Positions 43,366 to 52,999 are shown, counted from the first letter of the stretch. The stretch: DNA of 64,000 nt from Patescibacteria group bacterium (GCA_041653675.1 JBAZEY010000002.1:12315-76314), one strand, 5' to 3'. Notes: generated by a model not told the origin, from the sequence alone. Translations and numbers: made by a program.

Positions 43366-44076
43366 TTATTTTTTCTCTTCTTTTTTCTCGGTCTTTTTCT
43401 CGCCCTGAGCTTCCGGAGCAGCAGCCTCTTCCTCGCCCTCTTTCTTTTCTTTTTCCACAACGCCAACTTCTTCAACTTTCTCCACAATCGGCGTTTCGAG
43501 TTCAGCCTTTAATTCTTCCTCGGTCAAAGGCGCTTCAACCGCGGCGATAGTCGCGTTCATGTCAGATAAAATTTTCACACCGGAAGGCACTTTCAAATCT
43601 TTAATATGAATCCTGTCTTCAAAAGTTTTAAGTACAGAAAGATCAATTTCAATTTCGTGCACCAAATCTTGCGGCAAACATTCAATCTCTATTTTTTCCA
43701 TGCTATGCACAAAAGTACCGCCCAATTCTTTAACTGCCGGCGACTCATTAATAAATTTCAAGAGTGCGTCCACTTTGATCTTTTCCGTCATCTTAATTTG
43801 GCGGAAATCAACGTGCGCGAGTTTCCCGGTTAAGGGGTCTGCTTGCACTTCCTGAATCAAAACTTTAACCGGCGCAGTTTCATCAATTTTTAAATCGATA
43901 AGTGTGCTTTCTCCGGCTTCTTTATAAAGTTTATTGAAAGGAAGATACTCCACAGCCAAATTTTGGGACGGCACGTCTTTACCGTAAATAACGGCCGGAA
44001 TCAAATTTTGCTTACGGAGATTCTTTACTCCCTTTCCAGTCACCTCTCGTTTTTTGACATTTAGACTCAAGGTCAT
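43366..44076 (-). CDS. rplY: 50S ribosomal protein L25/Ctc with acidic/Lys-rich tail
   Basis: R...GKG..R.LR..G.IPAV.YG N-terminus and two-domain Ctc layout. Confidence 0.85.
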   Translation of the reverse strand: MTLSLNVKKREVTGKGVKNLRKQNLIPAVIYGKDVPSQNLAVEYLPFNKLYKEAGESTLIDLKIDETAPVKVLIQEVQADPLTGKLAHVDFRQIKMTEKIKVDALLKFINESPAVKELGGTFVHSMEKIEIECLPQDLVHEIEIDLSVLKTFEDRIHIKDLKVPSGVKILSDMNATIAAVEAPLTEEELKAELETPIVEKVEEVGVVEKEKKEGEEEAAAPEAQGEKKTEKKEEKK

Positions 44077-44146
44077 AAGAATTCTCTGTTAACGAATTAA
44101 TTAATAATGATTAGATTCTAACAACAAACCCTAAAATAGTCAAGAA

Positions 44147-45241
44147 TTATGATCTTGCCGCGATACTCTCCAGAATTCCCACCATCGCCAAGTTTATGAC
44201 CAAAGCACTGCCGCCATAGCTTATAAAAGGCAGTGAAATGCCTGTCACTGGCGCCACGCCAACTGTCATTCCAACGTTAATAAAAATCTGAATCAAGAAG
44301 ACTATTGCCGTGCCAGCCGCAAAAAATAAGCTGAAATCATCTCGAGCGCGCCGCGCAATTCTAACAATCCGCCAAAAAATAACGCCCCAAAGAGCAATAA
44401 TTAAGGCCGATCCTAAAAAACCCAATTCTTCGCCTAATACGGCGAAAATAAAATCCGTCTGGCTTTCCGGAACAAAGCGCAATTGGCTTTGCGGCCCAAA
44501 ACCAATGCCGCGGCCAAGTATTTGCCCCGAACCCACGGCAATTTGCGCCTGAGTAATATTATATCCCCGGCCGAGCGGATCGCGCGAAGCGTCTAAAAAA
44601 CTTAAAATTCTTTCTTTTTGATAATCTTGAAATACAAAAAACCATGAACCAGCAAAAAGCGTCGCGACTAAAAGTAAAAGCAAGGCAAGATGAGACCGCT
44701 TAATGCCAATTAATAATAACATTCCGAGCCAGAGGAAAAAAAGAACTAGGGACGAGCCAAAATCCGGCTGAAGCAAAACTAAACCAATCAGTACGGCTGA
44801 AAAAAAACCGCTTATCGCGATGTGTTTAAAATTAAAAATCTCATGCGCCCCGCGGGAAAAATATTTCGCCAAAAAAATAATCATGGCGAGTTTCGCCAAT
44901 TCCACCGGCTGAAAATTAAACCATCCAAAACCAAACCATCCTTGCGTTCCGCGGATAACCCGGCCGAAAATCAAAACAGCGACGAGGAGCGCCGCGGCAA
45001 AGCCATAAATCGGAAAACTATAAAATTTCAGCCACTTATAGTCAATAATGCTCGCGATAAAAAACCCAACTAGGCCAACCAAAATAAAAATCGCTTGTTT
45101 TTTTAAATTTAAAAAATCTGGATCAGCCTTGCTTAGAGAAATGCTGTAAAGCGCGACCAAACTTAAAACCAAAAGCAAAAAAACTGAAGTGGCAAGCACC
45201 CAGTCAAAACGTTTTAAAAATGAAAAGTATCGGGAAAGCAT
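44147..45241 (-). CDS. FtsW/RodA/SpoVE-family peptidoglycan glycosyltransferase
   Basis: 10-TM SEDS pattern. PESQTDFIFA..GEELGF and LPFISYGGS motifs. Confidence 0.85.
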   Translation of the reverse strand: MLSRYFSFLKRFDWVLATSVFLLLVLSLVALYSISLSKADPDFLNLKKQAIFILVGLVGFFIASIIDYKWLKFYSFPIYGFAAALLVAVLIFGRVIRGTQGWFGFGWFNFQPVELAKLAMIIFLAKYFSRGAHEIFNFKHIAISGFFSAVLIGLVLLQPDFGSSLVLFFLWLGMLLLIGIKRSHLALLLLLVATLFAGSWFFVFQDYQKERILSFLDASRDPLGRGYNITQAQIAVGSGQILGRGIGFGPQSQLRFVPESQTDFIFAVLGEELGFLGSALIIALWGVIFWRIVRIARRARDDFSLFFAAGTAIVFLIQIFINVGMTVGVAPVTGISLPFISYGGSALVINLAMVGILESIAARS

Positions 45242-45301
45242 GATATTAAAAGCGAATTAGAAAAATAGCTAATTCGCCAATCAACTTCTCAATTAATTAA
45301 G

Positions 45302-46168
45302 CTAGTCCACCGGCATGAATACTTTCGGATCAAAAATATTCACTTCGGGCACAACTTTCACTTGCGTGATGGAAGGCAATGTTTCAAACCAACTTACTTC
45401 AACCAAACGATTTTGTCCAGAACGAAATTCTTCTAACGTGACGTAATTTATGCTGGCGATAGAACTCCCTCGATAAAGAAAAATTTCAAAACCAACATCC
45501 CAGAAACTGAAAGCTGTCGCATTTCGGACGGTAAAAGATGCTCGGCTGATGGGGATACTTTCGGCGACCGCAGCCGGTGTGAATTTCACGTCAGTGATGG
45601 GAAAATTTAAATGGTCATTTTGCCAGGCGGGATAATCGGAAATTTCGTGAGCGTCAATCCTTTGCCATTTTAAATTTTTTATTTCTAAAACTGCTTGCCG
45701 GGGTTTCGTTCCTGCCGAAACGCCAAGATCAAAAAGATATTTTTCCTCGCCCGGCAGAATAAATCCGCTCTTATCCGGCCGCGCCACGCCGTCCACTAAA
45801 AAATTGTAAGTAAATTCGGCGCGCCAATTCAAGGCGGAATTAAAAATTTTCCCGGAAAAATCATATCTTCCTTTTCCCGAAGAAAAAATCGTCGTTGTCC
45901 CTATCTCAATCCCTTTTGGCTGAATCGCGCTATTTATGGCGGAATAATCAACTCCGCGGCTCAATTCTCTCATCGCCAAATTAAAACTAGGGCCTTCAAT
46001 AAAATAATAATTAATCAAGCCGTAAAGGCCAAGTCCCCAAAAAATCGCGCAAAGAGAAATCAAAAAACCGATAAAAATTTTCTTCAACAAAATTTTATGG
46101 GAAACATACCACGAAGCGACTTTTAATTGACTTTCTGTAAAATCTGTCGGCTGATCTTGGATGGCCAT
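45302..46168 (-). CDS. hypothetical membrane-anchored protein
   Basis: 288 aa. One TM segment near the N-terminus, beta-rich ectodomain. Confidence 0.5.
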   Translation of the reverse strand: MAIQDQPTDFTESQLKVASWYVSHKILLKKIFIGFLISLCAIFWGLGLYGLINYYFIEGPSFNLAMRELSRGVDYSAINSAIQPKGIEIGTTTIFSSGKGRYDFSGKIFNSALNWRAEFTYNFLVDGVARPDKSGFILPGEEKYLFDLGVSAGTKPRQAVLEIKNLKWQRIDAHEISDYPAWQNDHLNFPITDVKFTPAAVAESIPISRASFTVRNATAFSFWDVGFEIFLYRGSSIASINYVTLEEFRSGQNRLVEVSWFETLPSITQVKVVPEVNIFDPKVFMPVD

Positions 46169-46183
46169 ATTTTTATAATTAAT

Positions 46184-47047
46184 TTAATGCAATGATTTTG
46201 GCGCGGCTGAAGCAATAAATTCTAAAACATCCGCGTGAGATGAGACTATGCCTCTTGTTTTTTCGTCCAGATCTTCGCCGTGCTTTGCCATAAATCCTAA
46301 AACCTCACCAAAGTTTTTTAATTCTCTCCCCTCACCCAAGAATCCTTCGCGAATCAGAACATAGTTAATCGATTTCAGTAATTGTTTTTGGGCCGAAGTT
46401 ATAAACTCGTATTTTTCCCGAGCGTCTTCCACGGCATTTGACGGATCAGTCATTAATTTTTGCAAAGCAACCGTTTTTTCCGGACTTAATTCCAAAACAA
46501 TTCGCGGCATTTCCGCCTTTCCCCTGTTTCCATCCTGATCTTCAAAATATTTTATCTCGGTCATTTTTCCCCTGCCGAGTTTTTCAAAAATTTTATCCGT
46601 CTTGCGGAAGAGAACTTTTTCATCCGAGGAAGTCGTCGCGTCGATTGCGAGATGAACAAATTTATCAGTATCTTCGTCATGAAATGTCACGACAAAATCC
46701 GTACCATTCATTACGTCATCATATTCTGAAGTTTTTTCTACGGAAGTAACGCCGTCGCTAAACCAGCCATGAACTTTTATTCCTTCCATTAAAACATATT
46801 CCAAGGCGACCGCCTCGCTCCTCCGCTCATAAACATAATCCGGAGATTTTTTTATTTCCCCTACTCTTTTCATATCCCCCGCCACAACTTCCCGCGTGTA
46901 AGGCTGGCCGATAAATTTTTCCGGATTTGGCGATGAATTTTTCCAAGGCCGAGCGATTTCACGATTAAAATTTTCGTCGTCAGTTTGTCCCCAAACTCTC
47001 CGGCGATCCAACTCCGCCGCCATTCTGCCTTCAATTCCTACTGCCAT
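46184..47047 (-). CDS. hypothetical protein
   Basis: 287-aa ORF with backbone-like composition. No family recognised. Confidence 0.5.
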   Translation of the reverse strand: MAVGIEGRMAAELDRRRVWGQTDDENFNREIARPWKNSSPNPEKFIGQPYTREVVAGDMKRVGEIKKSPDYVYERRSEAVALEYVLMEGIKVHGWFSDGVTSVEKTSEYDDVMNGTDFVVTFHDEDTDKFVHLAIDATTSSDEKVLFRKTDKIFEKLGRGKMTEIKYFEDQDGNRGKAEMPRIVLELSPEKTVALQKLMTDPSNAVEDAREKYEFITSAQKQLLKSINYVLIREGFLGEGRELKNFGEVLGFMAKHGEDLDEKTRGIVSSHADVLEFIASAAPKSLH

Positions 47048-47093
47048 AATTAGAAAAATTAGATTGCGCTTTAATTATATCACAAAAATTTGG

Positions 47094-47154
47094 ATAAAAA
47101 AACGGCCCCGCTTCATTTCCTTTGCTTTGTGAGCATCAGATTTGAAGCGAGGCC
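47094..47154 (-). terminator. putative terminator of GC-rich cassette H
   Basis: On the minus strand: GGCCTCGCTTCA...TGAAGCGGGGCC long hairpin followed by GTTTTTTT. Confidence 0.45.
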
Positions 47155-47179
47155 ACGATCTACCTCCTACTTGAGCGCC

Positions 47180-47752
47180 CTAGACGGCGAGCTTGCGGAG
47201 GACGAGCCACCCGAAGTTCGGGCTGAAGTCGCGGTCGAGGCAGTTCAGGCCCAAGTCGCGCTCGCCGCCGTGCCGGCGCGCGACCGGCGCGTACCAGACG
47301 CCGTCCTGAATCTGCCAACGGGCCGTGATGATGAGCGGATGGTCGAGCTGGATATCCGGGTGGGCGGCGATGAACTCCATCGCCCGGCGCAAACCGCCAA
47401 GCAACCGGTAGCCGAGTTTCTCGAGTTCCGCGAAGGCCTCTTCGCCGGTCATCATCCGGTCGAAGTGGTGCTCGTAGACTTCCCAGTAGTGCTCGTCGGG
47501 AGCCACCGGCTCCAAGGGACAGTTCGCCTCGTTGAAGTCGGGGTTGACCCAGTCCTGCTTGCACATGTCGAGCAGCCGCCGGAAATTGATGACCGGCAGA
47601 CTTGCGGCCAACGCGCCCTTGAGCGCCAACTCCAACTCGAAGTTGTGGATGATCCAATACTGAGCCATCTCGGGCGTAATTCCCCGCGGCAAATTCCGAA
47701 TCACCGCCGCCGCAAGTTCCGCGAACTGATCCGTTTTGATCTTCTTTCCCAT
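47180..47752 (-). CDS. hypothetical protein, GC-rich cassette H
   Basis: AAGGAGG 6 nt before the ATG. 190 aa. The longer ORFs overlapping on both strands lack start signals. Confidence 0.55.
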   Translation of the reverse strand: MGKKIKTDQFAELAAAVIRNLPRGITPEMAQYWIIHNFELELALKGALAASLPVINFRRLLDMCKQDWVNPDFNEANCPLEPVAPDEHYWEVYEHHFDRMMTGEEAFAELEKLGYRLLGGLRRAMEFIAAHPDIQLDHPLIITARWQIQDGVWYAPVARRHGGERDLGLNCLDRDFSPNFGWLVLRKLAV

Positions 47753-47885
47753 CGTTTCCTCCTTGGCTTATCCTGGTCCATCTCTTCCGAGAGGCAGGAC
47801 TTACCAAAAGCGGCTGGAACCCATTCCCAGCCTTGTTTTGAAGGTCATAAAACCGCCAAAAGAAAGCAAGGATTTTCAACACTTT

Positions 47886-47914
47886 ATAATAGCCCACTTT
47901 TGCCATTTTGTCAA
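47886..47914 (-). promoter_or_regulatory. putative promoter of cassette H (about 127-nt 5' UTR)
   Basis: Minus strand: TTGACA (47914-47909), 17-nt spacer, TATTAT (47891-47886). Confidence 0.5.
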
Positions 47915-47928
47915 CCTCTCTCCCCCTT

Positions 47929-48061
47929 GTCCCGGTTAGAGGTCCTCGGCATAATTTTTTTAGAAAAAAAATTATGCTCAGTTTTAATAAGCATAGAAGT
48001 CGCCAAATCTCCCACCCTGAAAACCACCTAAAATAAAGACAAGACAGACCTCTAACGGGAC
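47929..48061 (+). repeat. 133-bp element closed by 15-16 nt inverted repeats, with a nested AT-rich palindrome
   Basis: GTCCCGGTTAGAGGTC (47929-47944) pairs with GACCTCTAACGGGAC (48047-48061). Nested palindrome GCATAATTTTTTT-AG-AAAAAAATTATGC at 47949-47977. Confidence 0.7.
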
Positions 48062-48161
48062 TTGTTTTCATAAAAACATTATGTTATAATAACTTAATAA
48101 ATATTAGCGAATTTCACCTCGTTTTCGCCTCTGGCGGGAGGGGTTAAGTTTTTTTGTTATT

Positions 48162-50195
48162 ATGTCTCCAAAAGTTAAAGCCAAAAAAGAAGAATACGGC
48201 GCAAAACAAATTACCGTACTTGAAGGCCTTGAAGCGGTCCGCCGCCGACCTGGTATGTACATCGGTTCAACCGGTCCTGAGGGTTTGCATCATTTAGTTT
48301 GGGAAGTGGTTGATAACTCCATTGACGAAGCTATGGCCGGCCACTGCACGGAAATTGAAGTCCGTCTTCTCTCGAACAGCCGCGTTTCAGTCTACGACAA
48401 CGGCCGCGGCATTCCGGTTGATATTCATAAACAAACGAAAAAATCCGCTTTGGAAACCGTTTTGACAATCCTCCACGCCGGCGGAAAATTCGGCGAAGGC
48501 GGATATAAAGTTTCCGGCGGTCTGCATGGCGTCGGCGTTTCGGTTGTGAACGCCCTTTCAAAATACATGCGCGCCGAAGTGAAACGCGACGGAAAACTTT
48601 GGATGCAGGAATATGCCAAGGGAAAACCGCAGGGCAAAGTAAAACCTATTGGAAATGCCCGCGGTACCGGCACAACAATTATTTTTGAGCCAGATCCGGA
48701 AATTTTTACCACAACCGAGTTTGATCTGCAAACCATTCTCACCCATCTCCGCCAACAGGCCTATCTCACCAAAGGCGTAAAAATTTTCATCTTTGATGAA
48801 CGAAAATCGGAAAAAGGAAAAAAGAAAGACCAACCAACTTACGCCTTTTATTTTGAAGACGGCGTTGCTTCTTACGTCGGTTTTCTAAATCATCATAAAG
48901 AAGTAAAACAAGAAAATGTTTTTTACGTTCAAAAAGACTCCGCGGGCGTTGGCGTGGAAGTTGCCGTACAATATACGGCTGATTTTAAAGAAACTGTTTT
49001 TGCTTTTTGTAATAATATTTTCAATCCGGAAGGCGGAACGCACATGGTTGGTTTCCGTACCGCACTCACCCGTGTTTTGAATAATTACGCGAGAAATAAG
49101 GGATATCTGAAAGAAAAAGATGAAAATCTGACTGGTGAAGACGTGCGCGAAGGTTTGACCGCCGTCGTCTCCGTCAAAGTTAAAGACCCGCAATTTGAAG
49201 GCCAGACAAAAGCCAAACTCGGAAACCCTGAAGTCCGGCCGGCGGTTGACACAATTTTTTCCGAAGCTTTCACGACATTTTTAGAAGAACATCCTCGCGA
49301 CGCCGAAGGAATTATTGAAAAAAGTATTTTGGCCTCCCGCGCGAGAAACGCGGCCCGCGTCGCCCGCGAAACAATTTTAAGAAAAGGCGTGCTTGAAGGA
49401 TTGACTTTGCCGGGAAAACTTTCCGATTGTTCAAGCCGCGAAGCGGAAAAAACCGAACTCTATATTGTTGAGGGCGATTCCGCCGGCGGCTCGGCCAAGC
49501 AAGGCCGCGACCGAGATTTTCAAGCGATTCTCCCGCTCCGCGGAAAAATCTTAAACGTGGAACGGGCCCGGCTTGATAAAATGCTCGCGAACAATGAAAT
49601 AAAATCTTTGATTATCGCCATGAGAACAAACATTGGCGAACAATTTGATATCACGGGTTTGCGATACGGAAAAATTATTATTATGACTGATGCTGACGTT
49701 GACGGCGCGCACATCCGAACCCTGCTTTTGACTCTTTTCTTCCGTTATTTCCCCGAACTGATTAATAAGGGACATATTTATATTGCCCAACCGCCGCTTT
49801 ACAAAATCCAATCGGGCAAAGAAGCCCATTATGTTTTCAGCGATGAAGAAAAAGATAAGGTTGTCGCCGAATTTCAGAAAAACAAAAAACCTGATGCTAA
49901 AAAATTAAAAAAAGAAGTTGAAGAAAAAGTGGAAGGCGAAGTTGTGGAGGGCGAAGAAGCAGCCGCGACCGTTTCCGGCATTAATATCCAGCGCTACAAA
50001 GGTTTGGGCGAAATGAATCCTGAGCAACTCTGGGAAACAACCATGGATCCGGCGAGACGCCTAATGAAACAAGTAAACGCCAACGACGCCAAAGCAGCCG
50101 ATGAAACTTTTAGTATTTTGATGGGCGACGAGGTTGAGCCGAGAAAGAGATTTATTCAAACCCACGCGAAAACGGTAAAAAATTTAGATATATAA
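48162..50195 (+). CDS. gyrB: DNA gyrase subunit B
   Basis: GHKL ATPase motifs (GLHHLVWEVVDNSIDE, GGLHGVG), Toprim EGDSAGG and the PLRGKILNV motif. Confidence 0.95.
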   Translation: MSPKVKAKKEEYGAKQITVLEGLEAVRRRPGMYIGSTGPEGLHHLVWEVVDNSIDEAMAGHCTEIEVRLLSNSRVSVYDNGRGIPVDIHKQTKKSALETVLTILHAGGKFGEGGYKVSGGLHGVGVSVVNALSKYMRAEVKRDGKLWMQEYAKGKPQGKVKPIGNARGTGTTIIFEPDPEIFTTTEFDLQTILTHLRQQAYLTKGVKIFIFDERKSEKGKKKDQPTYAFYFEDGVASYVGFLNHHKEVKQENVFYVQKDSAGVGVEVAVQYTADFKETVFAFCNNIFNPEGGTHMVGFRTALTRVLNNYARNKGYLKEKDENLTGEDVREGLTAVVSVKVKDPQFEGQTKAKLGNPEVRPAVDTIFSEAFTTFLEEHPRDAEGIIEKSILASRARNAARVARETILRKGVLEGLTLPGKLSDCSSREAEKTELYIVEGDSAGGSAKQGRDRDFQAILPLRGKILNVERARLDKMLANNEIKSLIIAMRTNIGEQFDITGLRYGKIIIMTDADVDGAHIRTLLLTLFFRYFPELINKGHIYIAQPPLYKIQSGKEAHYVFSDEEKDKVVAEFQKNKKPDAKKLKKEVEEKVEGEVVEGEEAAATVSGINIQRYKGLGEMNPEQLWETTMDPARRLMKQVNANDAKAADETFSILMGDEVEPRKRFIQTHAKTVKNLDI

Positions 50196-50315
50196 CCGTT
50201 AAGGGCTTTAAACTTGCGTTATTTTCCCCCTGTGCTATACTATCAATAAATAGCCCCCAGGGCTGTTTTAAATACCATAAATTTCGCTAAAAATCGCTTA
50301 AATAAAATAAAAAAC

Positions 50316-50513
50316 ATGCAAATCTCAATCCCTCGCAACAAATTAACAAACTACTTTCGTGACTCCTATCAGGAATTAAAGAAAGTTGTCTGGCCAACAA
50401 AACGTGAAACTACAAACCATACCCTAGTTGTGATTGGCATAAGTTTAGGCGTGGCCATTTTTTTGGGAGCGCTCGATTTTCTCTTTACCTGGATCCTGGA
50501 AAAATATATTTAA
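50316..50513 (+). CDS. secE: preprotein translocase subunit SecE
   Basis: ELKKVVWPTKRET followed by a single TM segment. Immediately upstream of nusG. Confidence 0.8.
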   Translation: MQISIPRNKLTNYFRDSYQELKKVVWPTKRETTNHTLVVIGISLGVAIFLGALDFLFTWILEKYI

Positions 50514-50558
50514 TAAACAAAATTTTGATTTTTGAACTTTGACTTTTGAATTTTATCT

Positions 50559-51104
50559 ATGCCTAAACAAATAGCTCAAAGAGGCCGGCTCTGGTACGCA
50601 ATTCATACTTATTCCGGCTACGAAGAAAACGTCGCCCACAATTTGAAACAAAGAATTGAATCCATGGCGATGCAGGATAAGATTTTTAATGTCTTGATTC
50701 CTACTGAAAAAAAGATAAAGATAAAAAACGGAAAACGCCGAACAGTCATTGAAAAAATATTTCCCGGTTATGTTTTAGTGGAAATGCTCGTGACCGATGA
50801 TTCGTGGTATGTGGTTCGAAATACTCCAAACGTCACGGGTTTTATCGGCACTGGCACAATTCCTACTCCCCTTTCTGATGAAGAAATAAAAGTTCTTCAA
50901 AAAAGAATGGGCGACGAAGAACCGCAATATAAAATTGATGTCACGGTTGGCGCTCCGGTTAAAATTAATGATGGACCATTTAAGGGTTTCGAGGGAAAAA
51001 TTTCCGCTATTGACGAAGCTCGCGGCAAGGTTAAGGTGTTAGTAAATATGTTTGGCCGCGAAACTCCGGTGGAATTAGATTTCTTACAAGTTAAAAAAAT
51101 ATAA
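50559..51104 (+). CDS. nusG: transcription termination/antitermination factor NusG
   Basis: WY.....SG.E NGN start and C-terminal KOW (GPFKGFEGKI). Confidence 0.9.
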   Translation: MPKQIAQRGRLWYAIHTYSGYEENVAHNLKQRIESMAMQDKIFNVLIPTEKKIKIKNGKRRTVIEKIFPGYVLVEMLVTDDSWYVVRNTPNVTGFIGTGTIPTPLSDEEIKVLQKRMGDEEPQYKIDVTVGAPVKINDGPFKGFEGKISAIDEARGKVKVLVNMFGRETPVELDFLQVKKI

Positions 51105-51170
51105 ATAAAATTACATTGTTATATTGCTAAATGCTTCTAGTTTAGCTCTTAACTGTGTAGCGTAAAAAGT

Positions 51171-51596
51171 ATGGCTAAAAAAATTAAGACAGTAATAAAA
51201 TTACAAATTCCAGCTGCCAAGGCAAACCCGGCGCCGCCAATCGGCCCAGCGCTCGGCCAGCACGGTTTGAATATCGCTGAATTCTGCACGAAGTTCAACG
51301 CCGCCACCGCGAAAATGGCCGGCGATATTATTCCGGCGGAAATTACGGTTTTTGAAGATCGAACTTATACTTTTATTTTGAAAACTCCTCCGGCGGCTGA
51401 ACTTTTGAAAAAAGCTGCGGGGATTGAAAAGGGTTCAGGAAAACCGCTTCAGGAAAAAGTTGGAAAAGTGACTAAAGCCCAAATTCGAGAAATCGCTGAG
51501 AAGAAAATGCCCGACTTAAATGCAAATGATATTGACGCGGCAATGAGAACTATTGAAGGCACGGCGAGACAAATGGGTTTGGAAGTTATTGGCTAA
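51171..51596 (+). CDS. rplK: 50S ribosomal protein L11
   Basis: [23 protein letters not shown] motif. Confidence 0.95.
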   Translation: MAKKIKTVIKLQIPAAKANPAPPIGPALGQHGLNIAEFCTKFNAATAKMAGDIIPAEITVFEDRTYTFILKTPPAAELLKKAAGIEKGSGKPLQEKVGKVTKAQIREIAEKKMPDLNANDIDAAMRTIEGTARQMGLEVIG

Positions 51597-51618
51597 AAAA
51601 TAATTGAAAATCTAATTT

Positions 51619-52053
51619 ATGGCTTTCAAATTTAGCTCAATTAGAACTGTCTATTTCTATCTAATCGCCCTGATTGCATTGATGATGATTGTCTGGGGCA
51701 CGGTTGATCTCGCGAATCTCGGACTTAGAACTTGGGTTTTTAAAAACGCTGATAAAGCCGACGACTGGTCAATGCCTATGCCGTATCTGACAGCTGAAGT
51801 GAAAATGGGAGAAACGGCGGAACGCTGCGCGGAAAAATGCGACCTTACTGATAATGATAAACAACAGATTCAAAATTGGCTTGCTGAATATAAAAATTGG
51901 CAAGACCAAAATAATTTACGCACAGCAAGAAAACAGAAAAACGCCGTTCGCGATATTTCTATGTTAGTTGTTGCTATTCCCCTATTTGTCTGGCACTGGA
52001 AAATGATCAGTAAAGAAACAAAAGAAGCAAAAGAAAACAATAAAGAAGTTTAA
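51619..52053 (+). CDS. hypothetical membrane protein inserted between rplK and rplA
   Basis: 144 aa. TM segments at both ends around a soluble Cys-containing middle. Confidence 0.5.
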   Translation: MAFKFSSIRTVYFYLIALIALMMIVWGTVDLANLGLRTWVFKNADKADDWSMPMPYLTAEVKMGETAERCAEKCDLTDNDKQQIQNWLAEYKNWQDQNNLRTARKQKNAVRDISMLVVAIPLFVWHWKMISKETKEAKENNKEV

Positions 52054-52113
52054 ATAAAATAATTAATTTCGTGGGAGTCCGCCAAAGGCGGACGTTATTA
52101 CCACCAAAAACTT

Positions 52114-52791
52114 ATGCGCGGAAAACGCTATCAGGAGGCAAAAAAATCCATTGACCCTAAAAAGAGCTACTCTCTCGCTGAGGCTGTGGACATGATTAAA
52201 AACGGTCCTAAAGAAAAATTTGATGCCGGCGTGGAAGTCCACATCAAACTCGGCATTGATCCCAAAAAAGGCGATCAATTAGTGCGCGGCACTTTAGTTT
52301 TACCGCACGGAATTGGCAAGACCAAAAAAATCGCGGCTTTCGTTGAACCGGCTTTGGAAAAAGAAGCCAAAGAAGCCGGAGCGGAAATCGTCGGCGGCGA
52401 AGATTTGATTAAAGAAATTAAATCTTCGGAAAGAGCTAATTTTGAAATCGCCGTGGCGACTCCGACCATGATGCCTAAATTGGCCCAGATCGCGAAAATT
52501 TTGGGTCCAAAAGGCTTGATGCCAAACCCGAAGACAGAAACGGTGAATCCAAATATCAAAAAAATCATTGGTGAATTGAAAAAGGGCAAAATCAACTTTA
52601 AAAATGATGATGGCGGAAATATTCATCAATTGCTCGGCAAAGTTTCCTATGATAAAGAAAAACTTTTGGCAAATCTGACAATGTTTGTTGAAGCGGTGAA
52701 AAAAGCCAAACCGGCCGCTGCCAAAGGCGTTTATATTCAAACCGCGGTACTTTGCACCACAATGGGCCCGGCAATAAAAATCGGAGTATAA
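52114..52791 (+). CDS. rplA: 50S ribosomal protein L1
   Basis: Full-length L1 pattern (RGT..LPHG.GK, MPNPK.GTV). Confidence 0.95.
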   Translation: MRGKRYQEAKKSIDPKKSYSLAEAVDMIKNGPKEKFDAGVEVHIKLGIDPKKGDQLVRGTLVLPHGIGKTKKIAAFVEPALEKEAKEAGAEIVGGEDLIKEIKSSERANFEIAVATPTMMPKLAQIAKILGPKGLMPNPKTETVNPNIKKIIGELKKGKINFKNDDGGNIHQLLGKVSYDKEKLLANLTMFVEAVKKAKPAAAKGVYIQTAVLCTTMGPAIKIGV

Positions 52792-52869
52792 TTCAAAATC
52801 TATACAGCAAAAACACCCTGGAAAACGGGGTGTTTTTAGTCTGCTTTTTGGCGCTATTTCCCCTCTTGA

Positions 52870-52999
52870 CCCCGTAGTAGAATTTCGACTTTACTATTAT
52901 CTTTTATTGTTTCTAGATTTACGTCGCGCAATAAAGATTTTGTATTTTTCTCGTTTTATTTGGCCCGCAGAGCGGGCTTGTCGAAATTTCACTACGGGG
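52870..52999 (-). repeat. 130-bp long-stem element, copy 3
   Basis: Arms at 52870-52889 and 52980-52999. Same ends and length as copies 1 and 2. Interior hairpin GCCCGC-TCT-GCGGGC. Confidence 0.8.

Noticed and set aside
47090-48071. Long ORFs of 313 aa (+) and 303 aa (-) spanning cassette H.
   Set aside because: They are typical stop-codon-poor frames of GC-rich DNA. They lack SD and start context, run through the promoter, inverted repeats and terminator, and have Arg/Pro/Gly-rich junk composition. The 190-aa frame has a consensus SD and sensible composition.
48072-48161. Replication origin next to gyrB.
   Set aside because: I found no TTATNCACA-type DnaA boxes and no dnaA or dnaN nearby. 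The region contains only a TGTTATAAT promoter and a leader hairpin.
50195-50316. tRNA gene upstream of secE (common in many bacteria), and tRNA genes generally in the window.
   Set aside because: I saw no cloverleaf-compatible sequence and no GTTCGAATC-type T-arm, here or elsewhere in the window. The region holds a TTGCGT-17-TATACT promoter-like sequence and a small hairpin. This was not verified with tRNAscan.
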